Positions 15,469-21,174 of a DNA stretch of 21,174 nt are shown one piece after another. The stretch comes from Candidatus Thorarchaeota archaeon (GTDB taxonomy: Archaea > Asgardarchaeota > Thorarchaeia > Thorarchaeales > Thorarchaeaceae): assembly GCA_048884785.1 (NCBI GenBank), contig JBHLQM010000062.1:1-21174 (forward strand), written 5' to 3'. The notes under the pieces were generated by a model. It was not told the DNA's origin. It did no database searches and saw nothing but the letters and a program-made list of their open reading frames with translations. The first letter of the stretch is position 1. Every line of letters begins with the position of its first letter. The position numbers and the translations under genes were made by a program.

Positions 15469-15900
15469 ATGCGGCTTTGGAGTAATGATTTTGCGGAAGG
15501 GCAGCCAATTCCTAGCAAGTGTTCCTATCGGCATGAGAACCAGCGTCCTCACCTTGCATGGGATGATATACCCCCGGAAACAAGGAGTTTTGCAATTATG
15601 TGTAATGATCCTGACGCTCCCGTAGGAGATTGGATTCACTGGCTTGTTCATAGTGTCCCTGTAGGAGTGCATGAGATTAAACCTGAAGCACAAGTACCTG
15701 GAATTCAGATACAAAACGACTTTGGGATTCAAAATTGGGGTGGGCCAGCTCCCCCTTTTGGTACACATCGATATGTTTTCTCAATCTATGCACTATCAGT
15801 CCCAGCATTAGAAACTGTGGACAAGAATTGCTTCAAAGAACTATGTGAAAAGCATAAGATTGCAGTAGCCAAAACAATGGGTACATATACACGAAAGTAA
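15469..15900 (+). CDS. YbhB/YbcL family (PEBP/Raf kinase inhibitor-like) protein
   Basis: PHLAW, DPDAP, WIHW, NDFG, GGPAPPFGTHRYVF. ATG 15469 is the likely start, with TTATATAT about 30 nt upstream. Confidence 0.92.
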   Translation: MRLWSNDFAEGQPIPSKCSYRHENQRPHLAWDDIPPETRSFAIMCNDPDAPVGDWIHWLVHSVPVGVHEIKPEAQVPGIQIQNDFGIQNWGGPAPPFGTHRYVFSIYALSVPALETVDKNCFKELCEKHKIAVAKTMGTYTRK

Positions 15901-15959
15901 GAGCCCGTTTTATAGGTGGAGATGGTCCTTGTTGATGTTGGGTACAAGCTCCAAAGACG

Positions 15960-16247
15960 TTGATTCTAGTGAGTAATGACGTCCTTCTTGTCAGTAATAC
16001 CGCAGTGATAAGAGCTGTTCCTATGCTTGCGGCTCGTGCGGAAGGTTCAGAGTTGAGTCACGAAGCTAGCGTTAGGAAGATTGGTGCCGAACAGCTTAGC
16101 TACCTCATGAGTCGTGGATTAAATGATGAAGAGGCTACTACGCTCCTCATCCCAGAATTTGTCAAATTGAAGGTTCCGGTTCTTCCACCAGCACTTCAGA
16201 AATCGATTGATGATGCAATCAAGATGAGTATGGAAGGAAGTATGTAA
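15960..16247 (+). pseudogene. C-terminal fragment of a SufB/SufD-family Fe-S assembly protein
   Basis: AVPML...SELSHEASVRKI..EQLSYLMSRGLNDEEATTLLI matches the SufBD C-terminus. Only 95 codons, an in-frame TGA shortly upstream, and no room for the beta-helix. Confidence 0.75.
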
Positions 16248-16256
16248 TTTGCTAGA

Positions 16257-17549
16257 TTACTCTCTTGGTACTATCTCTCGCATTCGAGAGGGAAGATACT
16301 TGTGGAGTGCTGCTGGAATCTTGACACTACCATCCTCTTGCTGATAGACTTCTAAAATCGCAACTAGTGTTCTGGGATTAGCCATCAGCGTGCTGTTCAA
16401 AGTATGCACAAATGCTTTCTCAGTTCCACCTTTTTTAATTCTGAATTTAATATTCAGACGTGTTGCTTGATATGCTGTGCAGTTACTACAAGACCCGCCT
16501 TCGCGGTATGTTTGTTGCCCTGGGAACCAGAATTCAAGGTCATACCTCTTTGCGGCGACACTTCCCATGTCTCCTGTACATATATTCACAATGCGATAGG
16601 GAAGTTTGAGGGCTTGAACATATTCCTCTTCATTTTGAATCAACTCCTCATGAATCTCCCAAGACTCATCAGGATGGCAAAAGACGAATTGTTCAACCTT
16701 ATTGAACTGGTGCACTCTGAAGATTCCTTTTGTATCCTTTCCATGAGAACCTGCTTCCTTTCTAAAGCATGCACTTACTCCAGCAAGTTTGATTGGAAGA
16801 TCCGCCGGTTCGAAAATCTCTCCCATATACATAGCTGCCATTGGGTGTTCTGATGTTGCAATAAGGTAAAGATCTTCTCCTTCAATCTTATACATCACAT
16901 CAGCAAAATCAGCTAGATCGGTAACTCCTTCATACGGTTCTCGCCGCATCATAAATGGTGGATATACCAGAGAATATCCTTTTTTCAACAGCATATTCAA
17001 TGCCATCTGCTGCATGGCAATATCAAGCATTACCAACTCGTTCTTGAGATAATAGAATCTAGAACCTGCAATTTTAGCCGCTCTCGGTATGTCCCCAATG
17101 TTAAGTGATTCAAGTAAATCTACATGGCTGTGAATCTTGAAATCAAACTCTGGTTTGCCACCCCATTCTTTCACGACCTCATTATCCTGTTCACCGGTGC
17201 CATATGGCACACTTTCATGAAGTATATTGGGGATGCTCATTTGTATCTGCTTAAGTTCAGACTGCAATTCATCAGTTTCTCTTTCAACTTCAGAGATTCT
17301 CCTATTGACCTGATTGGCTTGCTCCACAAGCTCTGAATCGTCTTGACCGGCTTTCTTTCTTTGACCCACTTCTTTTGAAAGTCTATTTCGTTGTGTTCTG
17401 AGATTCTGAATTTCTCTCTGAAGAGCCCTGATCCTATCATCAAGTTTGAGAAAACGCTCAAACTCCTGAAGCTTGACCTTATCTCTACGTCGTTCTAGAT
17501 TCATTCGAATAAGGTCTACATTCTCACGGATGAATCGAATATCTAGCAA
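16257..17549 (-). CDS. serS: Serine--tRNA ligase
   Basis: MLDIRFIREN, N-terminal coiled coil, IPN, LIATSE, motif 2 FRKEAGSHGKDTKGIFRVHQFNKVE, SCSNCT, HTLNST. TTG start with GGAG SD. Confidence 0.98.
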   Translation of the reverse strand: MLDIRFIRENVDLIRMNLERRRDKVKLQEFERFLKLDDRIRALQREIQNLRTQRNRLSKEVGQRKKAGQDDSELVEQANQVNRRISEVERETDELQSELKQIQMSIPNILHESVPYGTGEQDNEVVKEWGGKPEFDFKIHSHVDLLESLNIGDIPRAAKIAGSRFYYLKNELVMLDIAMQQMALNMLLKKGYSLVYPPFMMRREPYEGVTDLADFADVMYKIEGEDLYLIATSEHPMAAMYMGEIFEPADLPIKLAGVSACFRKEAGSHGKDTKGIFRVHQFNKVEQFVFCHPDESWEIHEELIQNEEEYVQALKLPYRIVNICTGDMGSVAAKRYDLEFWFPGQQTYREGGSCSNCTAYQATRLNIKFRIKKGGTEKAFVHTLNSTLMANPRTLVAILEVYQQEDGSVKIPAALHKYLPSRMREIVPRE

Positions 17550-17630
17550 TTGTATTATCTCCTACATCAGTTGGCTGAGTCAAGCAGAGCCTCTTTCCTC
17601 ATAAGTCGTTCTCTCTATAAACTCGACTTT

Positions 17631-18740
17631 TCACCTTGTTCTTTCTATAGCTTTTCTATAGACTTCCTCAATTTGGCCAATCTGATTATACCAAGAGTAC
17701 TTTTCCTCAATCTTCCTTCTACAGCGCATACCCATCCTCTGTCGTAACTTCTTGTCTTCCGCAAGAATTCTCATTGCATCGATAATAGCCTTGACATTCT
17801 CAGGCTCGACTAGAATTCCTTCATCCTTTCCTAATAGTTTGACAGTTTCACCAATTGCTGTTGTTATCACTGGGAGTCCGCAACCCATTGCTTCTAGGAC
17901 ACTCAAGCCAAGTCCTCCGATATTTTGCGGAATCACGAATGCGTCCATTCTCTGAAGAACTGCGGGAATTTCATCATGCTCAATTGCTCCCAGCCAAGAG
18001 AGTGAACCATCATCAACACACCCATTGAGTTGATGTTTCAACATTCCATCACCAATGAGTGTTAGTCTGGTTTTCGGATTCTCGCTATGATACTCTCGAA
18101 AAGCATCTAATAATAGATGGACCCCCTTATCGTAGCTAAGACGACCAACATACACAAAATCAACAATACCATCGTCAATCATTCTACTACTGTCAGGCCT
18201 GAAGAGGTCAATATCAACTCCATTTCTTATGACTGATACGTCATCTTCTGAAAATCCACTCGCAAGGAAGTATGGTTTTTGAGAAGGGTCAACTAGAATG
18301 ACTTGATCATATTTTCTGCTAGCAAATAAGGAGGCTTTCCATGCAATGCCAAACAGGGTCGTATATATTGAACTGCCAGCAGCATAGGCAAGATGATACG
18401 TAACGACAAGAGGTGGTAATGCTCTCTTGAAATAGGGCAATAGGAACTCGGTGCTTCCAGAGTTCATTTGAATGTGAAGAACTTCGATTCCACTTTCTTG
18501 ACACTGTCTAGCTATGGACCGTGGGGCTGTAACAGAATCAATAGAAAAATGAGGATTCAACTGGATTGCTTTGTATCTATGTACTCTCTCAGGAATAAGG
18601 TTTTCCACTCTCTTTGATTGAGTGAACACATGTACCTCATGATTTCGTTTGACTAATCCTGTGAGGACGGCATTGGCTCTAATGCATAGCCCGTCTGGTG
18701 CGCCAAACTTGCTTACCATTCCAATCCTCATAGTGTTCAC
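17631..18740 (-). CDS. Glycosyltransferase family 4 (GT-B)
   Basis: HEVHVF, VIRNGVDIDLF, YVGRLSYDKG, LIGDG, GLSVLEAMGCGLPVI, GILVEP, YSW. Confidence 0.93.
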   Translation of the reverse strand: MNTMRIGMVSKFGAPDGLCIRANAVLTGLVKRNHEVHVFTQSKRVENLIPERVHRYKAIQLNPHFSIDSVTAPRSIARQCQESGIEVLHIQMNSGSTEFLLPYFKRALPPLVVTYHLAYAAGSSIYTTLFGIAWKASLFASRKYDQVILVDPSQKPYFLASGFSEDDVSVIRNGVDIDLFRPDSSRMIDDGIVDFVYVGRLSYDKGVHLLLDAFREYHSENPKTRLTLIGDGMLKHQLNGCVDDGSLSWLGAIEHDEIPAVLQRMDAFVIPQNIGGLGLSVLEAMGCGLPVITTAIGETVKLLGKDEGILVEPENVKAIIDAMRILAEDKKLRQRMGMRCRRKIEEKYSWYNQIGQIEEVYRKAIERTR

Positions 18741-18794
18741 AACAACCGGGCTCTGGGTTCAATTACATCCTCTTATAACGTCTTTCGATGATAC

Positions 18795-19442
18795 TTAGTC
18801 TTCAATCTCTGACGAAGGACACAGACTGTTGATAGAACATGTTGAGCATTTTGGTTGTGAGGCTTTACATGTTTGTCTGCCATGTGCTCCAATGAAACGA
18901 GCGTAGTCAATCCATTTGTCCTTCGGAAGAAGCTGCATGAGGTCTTTCTCAATCTTATCTGGTTTCTTGTCATGTTGACTGAAATGAAGTCTTACTGTGA
19001 CTCTCATGATATGGGTGTCTACAATGATACCCTCGGCGATTCCATAAACAGTTTGAAGAACCACATTTGCAGTCTTTCTACTGACTCCTGGAAAGGTAAT
19101 TAGCTCTTCAAGAGTTTCGGGAACTTTTCCACCAAAGTTTTCAACAATCATTCTTGAAGTGTCCCTGATATATGCAGCTTTTCGATTGTATGATCCGCAA
19201 GAGCGAACTATTTGAGCTAAATCCTCCACATTCCCTTTTGCCATCTTCATTGGATTTGGGTATTTACTAAATAACACCGGTGTGACTTTGTTTACACCTG
19301 CATCCGTCACACGCGCCGATAGAATCGTAGCAATTAACATCTCAAATGGATTACTGAAATGCAGGTATGTGGGTGGCGCATCAGGGTAAGTTTTCGTGAG
19401 TTTGCGAAGAACTTCTTTTGCCCTCATCTCTTCTTCAATCAT
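18795..19442 (-). CDS. nth: Endonuclease III
   Basis: NPFEMLIATILSA, HhH motif FPGVSRKTANVV with catalytic Lys, VDTH, 4Fe-4S motif C-x6-C-x2-C-x5-C. Confidence 0.96.
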   Translation of the reverse strand: MIEEEMRAKEVLRKLTKTYPDAPPTYLHFSNPFEMLIATILSARVTDAGVNKVTPVLFSKYPNPMKMAKGNVEDLAQIVRSCGSYNRKAAYIRDTSRMIVENFGGKVPETLEELITFPGVSRKTANVVLQTVYGIAEGIIVDTHIMRVTVRLHFSQHDKKPDKIEKDLMQLLPKDKWIDYARFIGAHGRQTCKASQPKCSTCSINSLCPSSEIED

Positions 19443-19509
19443 GTTGATTCCTCACATTTGTGAAAGAGCACAAATCTATACTTTAAGGATACCATCATAT
19501 GAAACCATC

Positions 19510-20982
19510 CTACAAGAGCGCAGTTTCATCTTGGTTTTGGTGAGATTTGGATGTAAGATCGTATCGTGCGATTGAACCAAGAATCAGAAGATTCAAAATC
19601 AGCACACCAGCAAAGAGATACAAAATATTAGTTGTTTCTGAAATTAATCCTCCAATAAATGGACCGACTGAGGAAGCCAAGAAGATTACAAACCAAAACA
19701 TACTAAGTATCTTTGAGGTATCTTGACTTGGCAGTCTCTTTCGAATCAAAACAAGCATCACAGTATACCATAGTGTGTCATTAACATATTTCAAAACCAC
19801 AGCAATAAATGAGGTCTTAAAGACAACTCCAAGTCCCGGTATTATCAAATTAGCAGTGTCAGAGAAGGCGATAGGTGCCCAGTCAGGAAACCAATTAGCA
19901 AGTATCAGAAAGGCTGCAGATATAGGCATTACAGCGTATACCATAAGTGCTGTTGATTTCACTCCTTTTCGGTCAGATAGACGACCTACCTTCAGTAAGA
20001 GTGGGACTTGAATCACTAGAGTCATAACCATCATGATTGCTATAGATTGAACATCTATTTGCAATACATCATTCATGTAAATCAGAGCACCAAGCTTGAA
20101 GAAAGAATCACTTATTGCGTCAAGAATGCAGACCGCTATCATCCCTGGAATTATTGCTAATAAAATCCTGAACGCCCGTGTATTATCCTCTACGAACGTT
20201 CTCCATAACTTTGTCCCTGCTCCCCTTTGTTTCTGCGGACTACTTTCCAGATAAATTGCCCGTGCAAGTGTGGAAACAAGTAGGCACACCCCACCAACGA
20301 GGTGTATCTGTCGATAGGCTTCAAATTGAATAAATGGATAGAGAAATGCAAAAACTGCTAACGTGATAATTGATAGAACTCTACCTGCTGTGAACAATGA
20401 GAGTGCGAGACCACTATGTTCTCTAGGAATGTTATCCATTATGTAAGCTGTTGATCCTCCCTTTGTAATCTCCATCGATGATATGACTATAAGAGCTATG
20501 ATAATGAAGATTGGATCGATGAAGACACCAATCATTAGATGATAAATTGCCATCAAGAACATTGAAACAACAGACAGCGTCTTTCGATTTACCGTGTCTC
20601 CAACATAGCCACCAAAAAAGCGTGAAATAGCAGCTATTAACGACGTTATGGTTCCTATGGCACCAATGATTATGAAGCTAGGAATTATGTACCAAAGATA
20701 CAGATTGAGAAATGTTGATAGATATGCAAAGGCATTGTAAACCCATGCTGTAGCTAAATATACTCTGTAATTTCCCCATGAAAAAACAGCGCTCAGAGAG
20801 GCTCGGATTCCAGTCGACTGCTCACGAACCTCGTTAGCGTCATCGTGGTCCACTTCTCCCAAATCAAACGGGGGTCCGGGATTTCCTGTTGCGGGATTAT
20901 TGTCCAAACTCTCGTCACTCCGCACACCATACTTCTGGACCACTTTCAATTTTAGCCTATCTCCGAACACTAGCCTATGCAA
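19510..20982 (-). CDS. MFS transporter (start uncertain, possibly GTG at 20925)
   Basis: About 12 TM segments, motif A twice (GGYVGDTVNRK and GRLSDRKGVK), acidic N-terminal tail. Confidence 0.9.
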   Translation of the reverse strand: MHRLVFGDRLKLKVVQKYGVRSDESLDNNPATGNPGPPFDLGEVDHDDANEVREQSTGIRASLSAVFSWGNYRVYLATAWVYNAFAYLSTFLNLYLWYIIPSFIIIGAIGTITSLIAAISRFFGGYVGDTVNRKTLSVVSMFLMAIYHLMIGVFIDPIFIIIALIVISSMEITKGGSTAYIMDNIPREHSGLALSLFTAGRVLSIITLAVFAFLYPFIQFEAYRQIHLVGGVCLLVSTLARAIYLESSPQKQRGAGTKLWRTFVEDNTRAFRILLAIIPGMIAVCILDAISDSFFKLGALIYMNDVLQIDVQSIAIMMVMTLVIQVPLLLKVGRLSDRKGVKSTALMVYAVMPISAAFLILANWFPDWAPIAFSDTANLIIPGLGVVFKTSFIAVVLKYVNDTLWYTVMLVLIRKRLPSQDTSKILSMFWFVIFLASSVGPFIGGLISETTNILYLFAGVLILNLLILGSIARYDLTSKSHQNQDETALL

Positions 20983-21174
20983 AGGATTTCCAAGTCTTTA
21001 GAGTCTTGGATGGGCAATAGCTAGGTGTTTGTTCGGAACTATTTAGACTCCTTTCCTATTTTCATCTAATTCCAACTTTTCGAAGAACCGCAGTTCTCGA
21101 ATGTGGATTTTATTTTCTTCATGACTACCAATGAATCACTAATCGAACACAAGCACCTTGACCTCCCCATCAGC

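Noticed and set aside
1507-20011. Remaining 60-190-aa ORF-track entries nested in or antisense to the called genes (e.g. 1507-1788, 6834-7352, 12639-13202, 15394-15768, 16404-16853)
   Set aside because: Shadow ORFs of well-supported genes, with no motifs or translation signals of their own.
21040-21174. Partial ORFs at the right edge (plus strand MTTNESLIEHKHLDLPIS from 21121; minus strand ...ADGEVKVLVFD* ending 21139)
   Set aside because: Too short and mutually overlapping to decide without flanking sequence.

Overview
Gene-dense archaeal window, most likely Asgard (Thorarchaeia-like). That assignment is an inference from GAGGTGA-type Shine-Dalgarno (SD) sites, TATA-box promoters, a C-terminally TM-anchored surface protein and mixed archaeal/bacterial gene content. 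Ordinary genes: cupin (partial), two GNATs, two MFS transporters, MarR operon (PNPOx-like, MarR, MBL hydrolase), full-length transketolase, VOC protein, class II superoxide reductase, ECF S component, ferritin/rubrerythrin-like protein, PEBP, a decayed SufBD fragment, SerRS, GT4 glycosyltransferase and endonuclease III. The main signals are five micro-ORFs below the ORF-track cutoff. (1) A three-gene micropeptide operon at 11053-11364 (-). Its first two peptides are paralogues sharing ST[ED]AIT[FY]AY[QM]YR. All three lie in one frame with 6-nt spacers, and the SD sites of peptides 2 and 3 sit in the preceding stop region. Its promoter is a near copy (TTTGCTATATATAC-N13-TATTTC..GTGAWCTA) of the promoter of a secreted, membrane-anchored glycoprotein gene 3.9 kb away. 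(2) A tandem pair at 519-795 (-): a 27-aa Trp-punctuated polyacidic peptide (Sem1/DSS1- or WASP-A-like) and a 31-aa Lys/Ala/Pro-rich histone-H1-tail-like peptide, divergent from a ChrB-N/PaaX-like gene. No rRNA, tRNA, CRISPR array or mobile element was recognised. All functional hypotheses for the micropeptides are untested inference.
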